From contig NC_083237.1 of NCBI RefSeq assembly GCF_032191835.1, forward strand, positions 12,276,001-12,340,000: DNA of 64,000 bases, read 5' to 3'. The position numbers and the translations under genes are program-made. Of this stretch, positions 11,653-24,872 are shown piece after piece. Numbering within the stretch: position 1 is the first letter of the stretch; every line of letters begins with the position of its first letter. Below the pieces are notes generated by a model. That model worked only from the letters and a program-made list of their open reading frames with translations, searched no databases and had not been told where the DNA came from. The stretch is from Heteronotia binoei. Lineage: Eukaryota.

Positions 11653-14600
11653 TTCTCTCGTGCATGCAGGGATACAGAGTAGAGTGACAAAGCAAGATGA
11701 CCTTTAAAAATGCCGAAACATCTAGGATACCTTGCCAACTTCCATACCATCTCTTATATTTCTTCATGGCTGGGTATAGTTCCCATGCATTATAAGTGGA
11801 CAGGTTCGGAACTGAAATTATTTTCTCAGAATCCCTCTGTTCGGCGACTTGAACAGTTATGTCCACATACCTGCTTACTTCTGCTTCCTTCCCTAGGCAC
11901 AAATGAGTTAACTGAGTGCATTAAATCCCTACCCTCTGATAACTGCAAGTTCTGTTTGCATCCTTTCTCTTCTTGACTTTCTGATGTTCTGCAGCTCAAT
12001 GGTAGAGTGCCTGTTGTGCATGCAGGAATTCTTGCGTTCGGTCACTGTTACTGCTAGCTAAAATTCTCTTGGGTAGCAGGGCTACTGGAGGAAAGGTGAT
12101 ACGATGTAGCCCAACCTCATCAAATCTCAGCAGGGTAGGTGCTAGAATGGGAAACCACCATCAATGAATATCTCACAATAGATCATTTTGTTCCTTGGTT
12201 TTGGCTTTTCCCTGCACCTTTTGGAGTCTTTATAACATTGTGGTTTTGTGCGATCTCGCATATTGCTCTTCTCCCTGGTGCATTTCTTCTATATTGGGTC
12301 TCTTGTGCTCAAGATGTTGAGATCGGGTAATGTCCTTGGACTAATAATTTTGCTTAGTTTGTAACAACGGGGAGGGAAGACTGTGTAGCCTTGTAATTGC
12401 ACTACTCATCACAACGCTAATTGTTGTCTGTCTCCCGTATGAATGAATTGCTCCCACTAATTACTACGAGAGGAAATATATGGAGCAAACTTCTACATTA
12501 ACATTCTATAGTCAAAGGAGGCTCAATCTGATAGGGTTGCGGATGGCACTAACAGAACTAGACAGAAAATAATAACCATCAAACACGGTATAAAGACATG
12601 GGTTTCTACAATGCACAAGCTTTACAAATGCTAAAAGCTGTAATGCCCTGAAAAAGTTTAGGAGCTTTAATCCTGGTTTAACTCTATCCCCAAACTGACT
12701 TTCTGCACTAGAATCAGAGAAACCAACTTTATGACTCTATGATTCTATGGTTTTAGTGTAGAAAGTCAGTTTGGGGACAGAGTTTAAACCAGGATTAAAG
12801 CTCTAGTGCGAAATTGGTCTTTTTTCCATATTAGGTTCTCACTAGGGCTTTTTTGTAGAAAAAGTGCAGCAGGAACTTATTTGATTATTAGGTCACATCC
12901 CTTGACACCAATCCTACTGGAGCAGTGTTCTTCTGTGTTCCTGCTCAAAAAAACCCCCTAGTTCTCACAATGCAAATGCCGTGCACTCAGCGTTAACAGT
13001 ATTATTGCAAGATTCAGGGTTTTTTTAAATAAAGGAATTTAAATTCATGCTGATTCAGCCCATAAGGGGGAAATGTCCATAAGCGAAATATAAAGCAAGG
13101 ATTTTTTGTTTGTTTGTTTGTTTCGGCAGCAATTTCTAGTTAATGTCCTGAGAAATATAAGGTTTGGAATGATGTTTATATAAATTACACAAGAGTTCAA
13201 GTCTTCAGCAGGATGGCCAAACGGAATAGAAGGCTTCTCTAATGCGATTTCGAATTCTTGAGGGTCGCTCAAGGTTCCGTGTCCTGATAGTTCTTGTGGA
13301 CATATCAAAGCAACATAGACTACATGAACACGTTAAATACACCACCTGTTTTTGTGGGAACAGATGGCAAGGAAGGAAATTTTAAAATTAATATTTTAGT
13401 TGTATCCTGAAAACTGCTGACTTCAGTCATAAATTTACAAGCTGGTTCCTCTTAACATCCATCAGAATATGTCAGACCTCACATATACACATAAACATAT
13501 ACCTCACATATACACCTCACATATACACATAAACATATACATATACATATATACATATGTGTGTGTGGGGCTTTTTTGCAGAAAAAGCCCAGCAGGAACT
13601 CATTTGCATATTAGACCACACCCCCTGACACCAACCTTGTTTTTCACAGGACTTTTTGTAGAAAAAGCCCAGGAGGATCTCATTTGCTTATCTGGCCACA
13701 CCCCCTGACACCAACCCAGCTGGAACTGCGTTCCTGCTCAAAAAATATAATCTTCTCCCTCCAAAATTCCATATAAGAAAGCATAGAGCAGCCAGGTAAA
13801 TGAGCAACAATATGCCAGTATTCTTTTTTTGGCAAAGAAAGGCAGAGGAACCAAATGACAATATAATTTATCAAAATTCCAGTCTTATTTCTTAATCTTT
13901 TCCAAGGAATTCTGCCCAAGCTCGAAAGCTCCTTCACTGGACTATGTGGTCCTGAGGATGGGCCTCATTTTAATAGTATTTTATTTGTACAAGAAGCGTA
14001 TTGGTTTCAAGATGATTTGTAGTGTATCTCTTTAGTGAATAAAACAATGTATAGTAATAACTTCTGGCTGAGATATCACTTTCTTTCACTTCACACACAC
14101 TCCTCCCTCTCAGATCCTCCTTTCTCTTCAGAATGTACTTTGACCAATCATTATTAGTTTAGCTCAGTTTAATCTTCCTCATCTTAACTCAAAATTCTGT
14201 CAACTTCTGCCACTCACAATATTAGGTCTTGACTCTCCCTAGTTACTACTATATCCTCTAAACTGTAGTCTGCTTTCTTTTTAGAATCTTAAAAGCTTTT
14301 CAAAGCACTAATATGGGATCGCCAACCAGGACTTTTTTTTGGTAGCAGGAACTCCTTTGCATCTTAGGCCACACCCCTCTTACATATCCAGTCCTCCAAG
14401 GGCTCTTCTTACAGGTCCTACTGTAAACTCTTGGATTGGCTATATCAGGGGGTGTGGCCTGATATGGAAAGGAGTTCCTACTACAAAAAAGCCCTGATGG
14501 CCAACCAATCACCTCATTCACTCATCCCACTTTTTCACCCTCCTCTTTCTTCTGCAACTTACCAAGCATTTAAAGAAACACACCATTAAAACTTTAAATC

Positions 14601-15614
14601 ATTACAGGTGGCAGGTCTCCTAAATTTAAATGCTGGTAAAAGACAATCCTTCAGCTGACCTAAAGGGTAGGGTTCCCACACTCCAGGTGGAGGCGGAAGA
14701 TCTTTCAGAATTTACAACTGATCTCCAGACTACCCAAATCACATACTTCTTATTCATTTACAACACTTATTTTGCTCCTCCTGCGGGGAAATGGCTGCTC
14801 TGGAAGGTGGACTGTATGGCAGGATACCCCATTGAAGTCCCTCCCCAAATCCCGCCCTACTCAGGCTCCACCCCCAAAATCTCCAGCTATTTTGCAATAG
14901 GGTTGCCAGGTCCAATTCAAGAAATATCTGGAGACTTTGGGGGTGAAGGAAAGAGATTTTGAGGGTGAAGCCAGGAGCAAGGGTGTGACAAACATAATTG
15001 AACTCCAAAGGGAGTTCTGGCCATCACATTGAAAGGGACCGCACACCTTTTAAATGCCTTCCCTCCACTGGAAATAATGGATAGGGCACCTTCTTTGAGG
15101 GCTCATTGAACTGGACCTTCTGGACCACTCTTTTTTAAACTTAGGGGATGTTTTGAGAATAGGCATCGGATGCTATGCGGCAAATGTGGTGCCTCTATGT
15201 CAAAAAACAACCCCTAAAGAGCCCCAGATACCCTCAGATCAATTCTCCATTATACCCTATGGGAATCAGTCTCCATATGGAATAATGGAGTGCAGGCAGA
15301 CATTTCCCTCCCCCACACACCAGCTTCTGACGACCCTGAAGCAGGGGGAGGGCCTCCAAAGCAGGGATCCCCTGCCCCCACTTGGGGATTGGCAAGCCTA
15401 TTTTCCAACCTGGAGTGGCAAACCTACTCCCAGCTTCCACCTTCAAATTTCCAGATACTTTCAAACTTGGAGTCAGCAACCCTCATTGAGTATCTAGGGT
15501 AGTGGTTTTCATGGTACAGTTTTTACACTACAATGGCAGACCAAAGAGACTTTCCTGGCTTCCTTTCTTGTTTCTCAGGTAAAATAAAATAACATATGCT
15601 TGACCTCTTTGTCT

Positions 15615-16526
15615 CTAGCCCCCTTTTAGTTTTCTGAACGCTGACTGAACCTCCTTGTTCCTCAGAGTATAAATGGTTGGGTTCAACATGGGTGTGACAA
15701 CGTTACAGAAGATCTGGATGGGGGTGGCTAATATGTCACTCAGAGACGGCTGGGTGTAGAGGAGGGCGCAAGGCCCAAAGAAAAAGCAAACGACCGTCAA
15801 ATGCGACACGCAGGTGGAGGCTGCTTTGCGTCGGCTTTCTGCGGAGCGCATCCTGAGCACAGAGATGGCAATTCTGATGTAGGACATGAGGATGAGTACG
15901 AAGCAGGCCATGGGCACCACACCGATGTTGGTGAAGCTCACTGTCTCGATGATGTAGGTGTCTGCACAAGCTAGCTTGACCACTGGGAAAATGTCACACA
16001 AGAAATAGTCCACCACGTTGGACCCGCAGTAAGGCAGTGTGAAGGTCAGGCTAGTTAAGATAGTGGCATGGAACGAACTGGTGAACCAAGTCCCAGCAGC
16101 CAAGAGGGCACACACTCTTTGGTTCATGATAAGCGTGTACCTCAGTGGGTGACAGATGGCGGCGTAACGATCATAAGCCATGACGGTGTATAGAAGGCAC
16201 TCCGTGCTGCCCAAGAAGTGGTAGAAGAAGACCTGGCACATGCAACCGCCCCAAGAGATGGTTCTGCTCCCTGCCCAGAGGTTGGCCAAGAGCTTGGGAG
16301 TGCTGATGGAGGAGAAGCCAAGGTCTACCACAGAAAGGTTGCAGAGGAACCAGTACATGGGCGTGTGGAGGCGGGCATCACAAATGATTGCAGTGAGGAT
16401 GAGCAAATTCCCAAGCAGGGTGAAGAGGTAGAATGACAAGAAGACGACAAAGAGGATGTTTTGGAGGCCTTCGGTGTGGGGGATTCCAAGGAGAACGAAT
16501 TCCAGGATCACTGTGTGGTTGGCCAT
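15615..16526 (-). CDS. Olfactory receptor, family 10 (OR10D-like), copy A, 303 aa, intact
   Basis: Begins MANHTVILEFVLLGIPHTEGL (OR10D-type N-terminus) and carries LHTPMY, MAYDRYAAIC and PMLNPTIYTLRN. Start is set at 16526, after a pyrimidine tract and AG acceptor. Confidence 0.93.
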   Translation of the reverse strand: MANHTVILEFVLLGIPHTEGLQNILFVVFLSFYLFTLLGNLLILTAIICDARLHTPMYWFLCNLSVVDLGFSSISTPKLLANLWAGSRTISWGGCMCQVFFYHFLGSTECLLYTVMAYDRYAAICHPLRYTLIMNQRVCALLAAGTWFTSSFHATILTSLTFTLPYCGSNVVDYFLCDIFPVVKLACADTYIIETVSFTNIGVVPMACFVLILMSYIRIAISVLRMRSAESRRKAASTCVSHLTVVCFFFGPCALLYTQPSLSDILATPIQIFCNVVTPMLNPTIYTLRNKEVQSAFRKLKGG

Positions 16527-16837
16527 TCTGAATCCAATCAATGCACTGCTAAGGAGGATGGTATATATACAAAAAAGAGACACAATCTCAGTAATTATCC
16601 TTGTCAATATGTAGTGTGTTTGCTTAGTCACTNNNNNNNNNNNNNNNNNNNNNNNNNNNNNNNNNNNNNNNNNNNNNNNNNNNNNNNNNNNNNNNNNNNN
16701 NNNNNNNNNNNNNNNNNNNNNNNNNNNNNNNNNNNNNNNNNNNNNNNNNNNNNNNNNNNNNNNNNNNNNNNNNNTTATGATGATGATAATGATGATATTG
16801 AATTTATTTCCCGCCCTCTCTGAATATCAGAGTCTCA

Positions 16838-18092
16838 GGCCGCGGTCACACTCACCATTAAATCCATTCCTAACCCGTTGCTATTATACCCCGCAGCTTT
16901 TTTACAACGAATTTCCTGATCCGACATCCCTCCATCCTTCAGTTCTAAGCAGCATTGGTCCCGTCATTGGTTGATCAGAGGTCTCAACAGGACCTCATTT
17001 TTTGAGATGTCATTCCGCACTCGCGCAAGCGCAGTACCGTGGGATATTGTGCTTGGCTTTTTTTTTTCAAAGGTGCCAGAAAAGGTGGGCGATCTGCCCC
17101 CCCCCCACCCAAATTTAAACACCCAGCCAGGGAGGGGAAGCCCAGGAGTTCTCTTTGCTGTCTCTCCACCTGGCGGGGAGACAGCAAAGGTGGATGATCT
17201 TCCTCTCTTTGCTCTCTTTGCATGGCAGCTCTCTTTGCTGTCTCTCTGCCTGGTGGGGAGACGGCAAAGGTGGGTCATCTTCCTCCCCCCCCCCATTTAA
17301 ACGGGACAGGGTAAAAGCCAGAATGGGCTGGAACAGGCCGGAATGAGCAGCAAACAACATAGACTGTCACGAAAAATGAACACCCCGCCAGGGTGTTTAA
17401 ATAGACCTCTCTTTGCCATCTCTCCGCCTGGCAGGGAGAAAGCAAAGGTGGCCGATCTGCCTTTTCTTCACATTTAAACTCCCCACCTGGGTGTTTAAAG
17501 GGGGGATGAAAAGCCCAGGAACTGCCTTTGCCATCTCCCTGCCTGGCAGGGAGACAGCAAAGGTGGGCGATCTGCCTCCCCCCCCCCCCCCAGGAAAGGT
17601 CCCCTGTGCAAGCACCAGTCGTTTTTGACTCTGCGGTGATGCTGCTTTCACAAAGTTTTCATGGCAGACCTTTTACGGGGTGGTTTGCCATTGACTTCCC
17701 CGGTCATTACACTCTCCCCCCCCCCCCCACTCCAGCAAACTGGGTACATATTTTACCAACCTCAGAAAGTTGGAAGGCTGAGTCTACAATTGCTGGTGCA
17801 ATGATATCATTTGGAGTGGGCTCTCACAGGGAAGTGGATGTGCGCTTGCAACGAGTCGGCTACAATGGAGCGTTCAAACATAAAAAGTGCGCGCAGGAGT
17901 CATTGGAAGCATTCTTATTCCGGATTTAATGTACTATCAAAAAAGTCCACGTCTCAGTCATGGCAGTTCGGGACATGAACGAGCCAGCAACCATTGCCAG
18001 ATGCTGATGTTTGGACAACCGCATAAAATCCGACATGCATCTGGCTTTCATCCATGCCCATCTTGTCAATTTATGTGCGTCTGACCTCGGCC
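16838..18092. mobile_element. PIF/Harbinger-like non-autonomous element, copy A only, inserted in a Squam3 SINE tail
   Basis: Termini GGCCGCGGTCACAC / GTCTGACCTCGGCC, 3-bp TSD TCA. Contains short internal palindromes and a partial Sauria SINE at about 17590-17790. The SINE is uninterrupted in copy B. Confidence 0.8.
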
Positions 18093-19932
18093 TCAGAGCG
18101 CCTTATAATCTCTTTTACCTTCCCCTCCCCAACAGACACCCTGTGAGGTAGGTGGGGCTGAGAGAGCTCTTACAAAAGTTGCCTTTTCAAGGACAGCTCT
18201 GCGAGTGCTATGGCTGACCCAAGGCCATTCCAGCATCTGCAATTGGAGGAGTGGGGAATCAAACCCAGTTCTCCCAGGTAAGAGTCCTCGCACTTAACCA
18301 CTACACCAAAATGACTCTCAGTTTGGATAAATACCCTGCGTTTCACTACCCAAAGGAGTCTCAGAGCAGTTTACAATCTCCTTTCCCTTACCCTTCCCAC
18401 AGCAGCAACCTTTTAAGGTAGATGGGGCTAAGACAGCTCTGACATAAACTGCTCATGAGAGCTGTTGCATGTGGAAGAGCGGGGAATCAAACCCGGTTCT
18501 CCCAGATAAGAGTCCATGCATTTAACCACTACACCAAACTTACTCTGCTGTGTGTGAGAGGTCAGAGATGTTCTTCAGTAGGGGGAGCCAGCCCAGGTTG
18601 GCCTGATCTCATCAGGTCTCAGAAGCAAAGCAGTATCAGCCGTGGTTAGTACTTGGATAGGAGACTGCCAAGGAAGATCAGTGGCAATGGCAAATCTCTG
18701 AACATCTCTTGCCATAAAACCCCACGGGTGTTGCCATAAATTGGCCATGACTTGACAGCGCTGCCTTATACTGAATCAGTCCCTCAGTCCATCAAAGTCA
18801 ATCTTGTCTACTCAGACTGGCAGCAGCTCTCCACATTCTCAAGCTGAGGCTTTTCACACCTACTTGCCTGGACCCTTTTCAATTGGAGATGCCGGGGATT
18901 GAACCTGGGACGTTCTGCTTCCCAAGCAGATGTTCTAACCCTGAGCCACCGTCCCTCCCTACTTTCCTCACAGTCACCAATTCACTTCTAAAGTAGGAAA
19001 GAAGGCAGATTTTTTTTTTACAAGAAACTTGTGAATGAATGAAGGGCATTGAACCCTCCCTTGTCTACAGTAGACAGTCTACTCAATGGCTTCCATGTTC
19101 ATCTGCAGCTCTGCCGAGCTACATTGCCTTGGCTTTTATTTAGAACATTTGTGAGCTTGCTTTTGTCTCCAAGGCAGCATACAATACGTTCTTAAAACAG
19201 AGTAGCCTAAAACCTTTAAACAGTCTGTAATATATAAGAGGTCCCCTTACCTGAATGGCCTAGGCTAACCAGATTTCAGATCTCAGAAGCTGATAAGCAG
19301 GGTTGGACCCAGTTAGTACTTGGATGGCAGACCACCAAGGGAGTCCATTGTTGTTACACAGAGGCAGGCAAAGGTCAACCACCTCGGTTCATCTCTTGCC
19401 TTGAAACTCTACAGGGTGGTCATAAGATCGCTGCAACTTGATGGTGCTTTCCACCATTACTGTCTAAAAGAGAAGCCACCTTCTCCTGTCTTTGTGAATC
19501 TTTATAGTAAGTTGACCCCCCCCCTTTTAGCCCAGGGTTGTTGACTGACCAGCGGCAGCTCTCTGAAATGAAGATGAAGAAGAAGAAGAAGAAGAAGATG
19601 GTGGTGGTGGTGATATTGGATTTAAATCCCACCCTATACTCTGAATCCCAATCTCAGAGCAGTCACAATCTCCTTTACCTCCCCTCCCCCCCCACACACA
19701 CACAAGAGACACCCTGTGAGGGATGTGGGGCTGAAAGTGTTCTCATATCAGTTGCCCTTTCAAGGACAACTCTTGCAAGAGCTATGGCTGACCCAAGGCC
19801 ATTCCAGCAGGTGCAAGTGGAGGAGTGGGGAATCAAACCAGGTTCTCCCAGATAAGAGTCCGCACACTTCACCACCACACCAAACTGACTCTGAATTATA
19901 AAACTTTTGCTGCAGCAGCTATCATTTGTTAC

Positions 19933-20450
19933 CTTCAATGCTGTGTGGTGGATGGAAATGACAAGCAAACATTTCAAACAAAGGCAGGGGAAAGGAAGAG
20001 AAACCTGTTGACCAAACAAGTGTCTTCTTACTTTGCATGAACAGAAGGTGGTGGAAATCCTGTTCTGTGGTCTTAGTACTCCTAGTGATTCTAATCACAT
20101 CCTCCTAGCCCAAAGCATACATATGTGAACTGAAAGTCCAGCTGGAAAGGATTGGCCAGAGAGGCACCGTCCGCTTTGGGTTCCTCCTTGAAGATCTACA
20201 TTGTTTCCAGATCCGTTCAGACTCAAAGCAGATCTTCTGCTTTGCAGGCAAAGACAGGTTTAATGACCTGAGGAAGCATCTATATGGCCTCTGCCATCTT
20301 TCTACAAGGAATTGAGACCCGGGAGACTTCCCTGACTCCCTGCCCTGTGGTAGAACCTAGGGATGGATTAGCTGCCTGATCGTATTGCATCAGTTGTTTT
20401 GTTCAGCTAATGAGCGGCCTGCCTGGAGAAGGATGGTGGAAAGATCAAGG
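19933..20450 (-). promoter_or_regulatory. Putative non-coding first exon and promoter of the copy-A OR (copy B equivalent at about 27386-27900)
   Basis: Minus-strand donor GAAG|gtaaca at 19933 (27386 in copy B), in unique non-repeat DNA. TAATGA homeodomain-type sites at about 20260 and 20408. Inference only. Confidence 0.45.
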
Positions 20451-20680
20451 GATCACCTTCCTTTGGGACACAGCTGTCAGATCTAGGGCCTTCTGGGGTT
20501 ACTGGCAGGGGTGGAAAGAAGAAGGTCCACCGTCTCATATGAGATGAGGCCACCACTATCAATCAGTCATAATCAGGGCTGCTAACAGTGGGGTATTAAG
20601 CAGGGAAGAAGAAATATTGCCAAACTTCAACATCGTACAGAAATTGTGTTCAGCTCGGTTGCAATTCTTACCTCATGTAG

Positions 20681-20701
20681 CAGTAGTAGTAGTAGTAGTA
20701 A

Positions 20702-20750
<49 letters not shown>
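20681..20750. repeat. (AGT)n microsatellite
   Basis: About 22 AGT units; the paralogous site near 28135-28180 has been replaced by (GGT)/(GGA) runs. Confidence 0.95.
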
Positions 20751-20752
<2 letters not shown>

Positions 20753-23005
20753 AAGAAGAAGAAGACGATTACGAAGGAAATGACGATGATGATATTATAT
20801 TTATACCCCACCCTCCACTCTGAATCTCAGCAGTTTACAATCTCCTTTACCTCCCACCCCCACAATAGACACCCTGTGAGATAGATGGGGCTGAGGGATC
20901 TCTGACAGAAGCTGTCCTTTCAAGGACAACTCTGCCAGAGCTGTGGCTAACCCAAGGCCATTGCAGCAGCTGCAAGAGGAGAAGTGGGGAATCAAACCCG
21001 GTTCTCCCAGATAAGAGTCCGCGCAGTTAAACACAACACCATACTGGCAATTGGTATTTATTTATTGAGGTCTTTAGACCAACTTACAATTCAATCAGGC
21101 ATCAAATACAACAGTAAAAATTCAAATTTAAGAACTGTTAAGGTGGAGTTTCCATAATTTGATCATTCCTGCACAAAACTTAGCAACTTCACATTTGATC
21201 TTAACATTATTATCAGATAAAAACCAGTGAAGCCTTGCTTCTTCTGTGTTCCATTACCGCACGCAATGTGTCTTTACCATTCGGTATGTCTCAGAATTCT
21301 CAGACCAGAGAGCATCTTCTGCTGATAGTTTCAGAGGGCAGCCATGTTGGTCCTCTCTATTCCTGGTAAATAACCTTTAAGCTGATTCAAATCATGCTGT
21401 CTTTCGACATCCAAGATTCTCTGTTTAAGAAAGGGTTTAACCAAATTGTACTCCATGTTGAGCAGATATTGTTTAGATAGTCCATAATAACCCAACTTGG
21501 ACTCCGTTTGGCCATGTTGGTCTGCAATAGCAGGTTCCAGTCCAGTAATACCTTAGAGCAGGGGTGTCAAATCAACCCCCCCCCCCCGGAGGGCTCCTAT
21601 CAGGGCACCGAGCAATTGACTGTGGTCTGCTTCCTTCTGCATCACGAAACCCCTCTCCATGAAAGCGCAATAATCAAAATTTAACTATTAAACAAATAGA
21701 AATATCTACAATCAAATCCAAACAGTACTACATTCTAATATAATATACAAGAAATCATACAGAAAAAGATCCATCCGGAATGCATGCCACTCCTACTGTG
21801 CTTTCTGTGACTAACGTCCAAATATAATAAAGTTTATCACAAAAAGTCCAACTGGAGAACCGGTCCAAAAATCATTTTGGGCCAAATAGCCCTTCTTCCA
21901 GGGACTGTCTTCTCAAAGAATGATTGTAGTAGCTAAGTAGTGCTGAAATTCAATTGTTACTCTTCATCGTGTATCATTTCTCTGTAAAAACAGGTGTCAG
22001 CATTTATAGTTCTTAATGAGGTACCACTCTCTTTCACTTCACACAAACTCATCCCTCTCAGATCCTCCTTTCTCTTCAGAATGTACTTTGACCAATCATT
22101 ATTTGTTTAGCTCAGTTTAATCTTCCTCATCTTAACTCAGGGTTCTCCCAACTTCTACTTCTCACAACATTAGGTTTTGACTCTCTCTGGTCACTAATAA
22201 GTCCTCTGAACTGTAGTCTGCTTTCTTTTTAGAATCTTAAAAGCTTTTCACAGCACTAATATGGGATTGCCAACCAGGACTTTTTTTGTAGCAGGAACTC
22301 GTTTGCATATTAGGCCACATCCCTCTTACATAGCTAATCCTCCAAAAGCTTCCAGGGCTCTTCTTACAGGGCCTACTGTAAGCTCTTCGATTGGCTACAT
22401 CAGGGGTGTAGCCTAACATGCAAAGGAGTTCCTACTACGAAAAAGCCCTGATGGCCAACCAATCATCTCATTCACTCATCCCACTTTTTCACCCTCCTCT
22501 TTCTTCTGCAACTTACCAAGCATTTAAAGAAACACACCATTAAAACTTTAAATCATTACAGGTGGCAGGTCTCCTAAATCTAAATGCTGGTAAAAGACAA
22601 TCCTTCAGCTGACCTAAAGGGTAGGGTTCCCACACTCCAGCTGGAGGCGGAAGATCTTTCAGAATTTACAACTGATCTCCAGACTACCCAAATCACATAT
22701 TTCTTATTCATGTAAAAGACTTTTTTTTGTTCCTCCTGCAGGGAAATGGCTCCTCTGGAAGGTGGACTGTACGGCAGAATACCCCACTGAAGTCCCTCCC
22801 CAAATCCCGCCCTACTCAGGCACCACCCCCCAAATCTCCAGCAATTTCCCAATAGGGTTGCCAGGTCAATACAAAAAATATCTGGGGATTTTGGGGGTGG
22901 GACCAGGAGACTTTGGGGTGGAGCCAGGAGACATTGGGGGTGGAGCCAGGAGCAAGGGTGTGACAAGCATAATTGAACTCCAAAAGGAGTTCTGGCCATC
23001 ACATT

Positions 23006-23292
23006 GGGCGTTTTCGCACTGACCTTCTAGTGGCGCGACCACCCTCTTCACACCGGAGGATCTGCCCGGATTTCGCACAAGAAGCGCCGGCGCACCCAAA
23101 AGAGCCGGCGACTTCCGTCGCGAAACCCGCTCAAACGGAAACCGCCAAGAAGCAGGAAAACGTTTGAGCGGGTTTTGCGACGGAAGTCGCCGGCTCTTTT
23201 GGGTGCGCCGGCGCTTCTTGTGCGAAATCCGGGCAGATCCTCCGGTGTGAAGAGGGTGGTCGCGCCACTAGAAGGTCAGTGCGAAAACGCCC
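23006..23292. mobile_element. Young foldback MITE, PIF/Harbinger-like: 132-bp arms and a 23-bp loop
   Basis: GGGCGTTTTCGCAC termini; one mismatch seen between the arms; 3-bp TSD ATT. The empty site catcacattgaaaggg is present in copy A near 15025. Confidence 0.92.
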
Positions 23293-23797
23293 ATTGAAAG
23301 GGACCGCACACCTTTTAAAATGCCTTCCTTCCATAGGAAATAATGAAGGATAGGGGCACCTTCTTTTGGAGCTCATAGGATCAGACCCCCTGGTCCAATC
23401 TTTTTGAAACATGGAGGGTGTTTGGAGGAGAGGCACCAAATGCTGTGCTGAAAATGCGGTGCCTCTGCATCAAAAAACAGCCCCTACAGAGCCCCCAATA
23501 CCCTCAGATCAATTCTCCATTATACCCTATGGGAATCAGTCTCCATGGGGAAGAATGGAGTGCCCAGCAGACATTTCCCTCCCCTCATCACTGGATTCTG
23601 ATGACCCTGAAGTAGGGGGAGGGTCTCCAAACGGGGGGATCCCCTGCCCTCGCTTGGGGATTGGCAGCCCTATTTTCCAGCGCAGTGCTTTTCATGTTAC
23701 AGTTTTTACACTACAGTGGCAGACCAAAGAGACTTTCCTGGCTTCCTTTCTTGTTTCTCAGGTAAAATAAAATAACATATGCATTTTCCCTTTGTTT

Positions 23798-24709
23798 CTA
23801 ACCCCCTTCTAGTTTTCTGAACGCTGCCTGAACCTCCTTGTTCCTCAGAGTATAAATGGTTGGGTTCAACATGGGTGTGACAACGTTGCTGAAGATCTGG
23901 ATAGGGGAAGCTAATATGTCACTCAGAGACGGCTGGGTGTAGAGGAGGGCACAAGGCCCAAAGAAAAAGCAAACGACCGTCAAATGCGACACGCAGGTGG
24001 AGGCTGCTTTGCGTCGGCTTTCTGCGGAGCGCATCCTAAGCACAGAGATGACAATTCTCATGTAGGACATGAGGATGAATACAAAACAGACCATGGCCAC
24101 CATGCCGATGTTGGTGAAGCTCACCTTCTCGATGATGTAGGTGTCCGCACAAGCCAGCTTGACCACTGGGAAAATGTCACACAAGAAATAGTCCACTATG
24201 TTGGACCCACAGTAAGGCAGCGAGAAAGTCAAGCTGGTTAAGATGGTGGCATGGAATGAAGCGGTGAACCAAGTCCCAGCAGCCAGGAAGACACACACTT
24301 TCCGGTTCATGATGAGCGTGTACCTCAGTGGGTGGCAGATGGCGGCATAACGATCATAAGCCATGACGGTGTATAGAAAGCACTCCGTGCTGCCGAAGAA
24401 GTGATAGAAGAAGACCTGGCACATGCAACCGCCCCAAGAGATGGTTCTGCTCCCTGCCCAGAGGTTGGCCAAGAACTTGGGAGTGCTGATGGAGGAGAAG
24501 CCGAGGTCTACCACGGAAAGGTTGCAGAGGAACCAGTACATGGGCGTGTGGAGGCGGGCATCACAAATGATCGCAGTGAGGATGAGCAGATTTCCAAGCA
24601 GAGTGACGAGATAGAAGGACAAAAAAACGACAAAGAGGATGTTTTGGAGGCCTTCGGTGTGCGGGATTCCAAGGAGAACAAATTCCAGGATCACTGTGTG
24701 GTTGGGCAT
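23798..24709 (-). CDS. Olfactory receptor, family 10 (OR10D-like), copy B, 303 aa, intact
   Basis: Begins MPNHTVILEF; about 23 amino-acid differences from copy A by manual comparison. Confidence 0.93.
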   Translation of the reverse strand: MPNHTVILEFVLLGIPHTEGLQNILFVVFLSFYLVTLLGNLLILTAIICDARLHTPMYWFLCNLSVVDLGFSSISTPKFLANLWAGSRTISWGGCMCQVFFYHFFGSTECFLYTVMAYDRYAAICHPLRYTLIMNRKVCVFLAAGTWFTASFHATILTSLTFSLPYCGSNIVDYFLCDIFPVVKLACADTYIIEKVSFTNIGMVAMVCFVFILMSYMRIVISVLRMRSAESRRKAASTCVSHLTVVCFFFGPCALLYTQPSLSDILASPIQIFSNVVTPMLNPTIYTLRNKEVQAAFRKLEGG

Positions 24710-24828
24710 TCTGAATCCAATCAATGCACTGCTAAGGAGGATAGTAAAAAAAAAAAAACACAAACTCAGTAATTATCCTTGTCAATATGCAGTGTGTTTG
24801 CTTAGTCACTGTGGAACTCCCTATTGGA

Positions 24829-24872
24829 AGAGGAGAGGAGAGGAGAGGAGAGGAGAGGAGAGGAGAGGAGAG
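24829..24872. repeat. (AGAGG)n microsatellite
   Basis: About 9 units; the paralogous position in copy A is an N-gap (16633-16775). Confidence 0.9.

Larger units (their letters stand above)
14070..21190. repeat. Tandem segmental duplication, copy A (OR gene, intron and promoter)
   Basis: Collinear with about 22030-28630 from the 3' flank through the CDS to the upstream region. Confidence 0.9.

Noticed and set aside
16527-16631. N-terminal extensions of OR ORFs (also 1119-1172, 24710-24763, 52913-53005)
   Set aside because: Each crosses a pyrimidine tract and AG acceptor; the downstream Met precedes the canonical N-glycosylation site.
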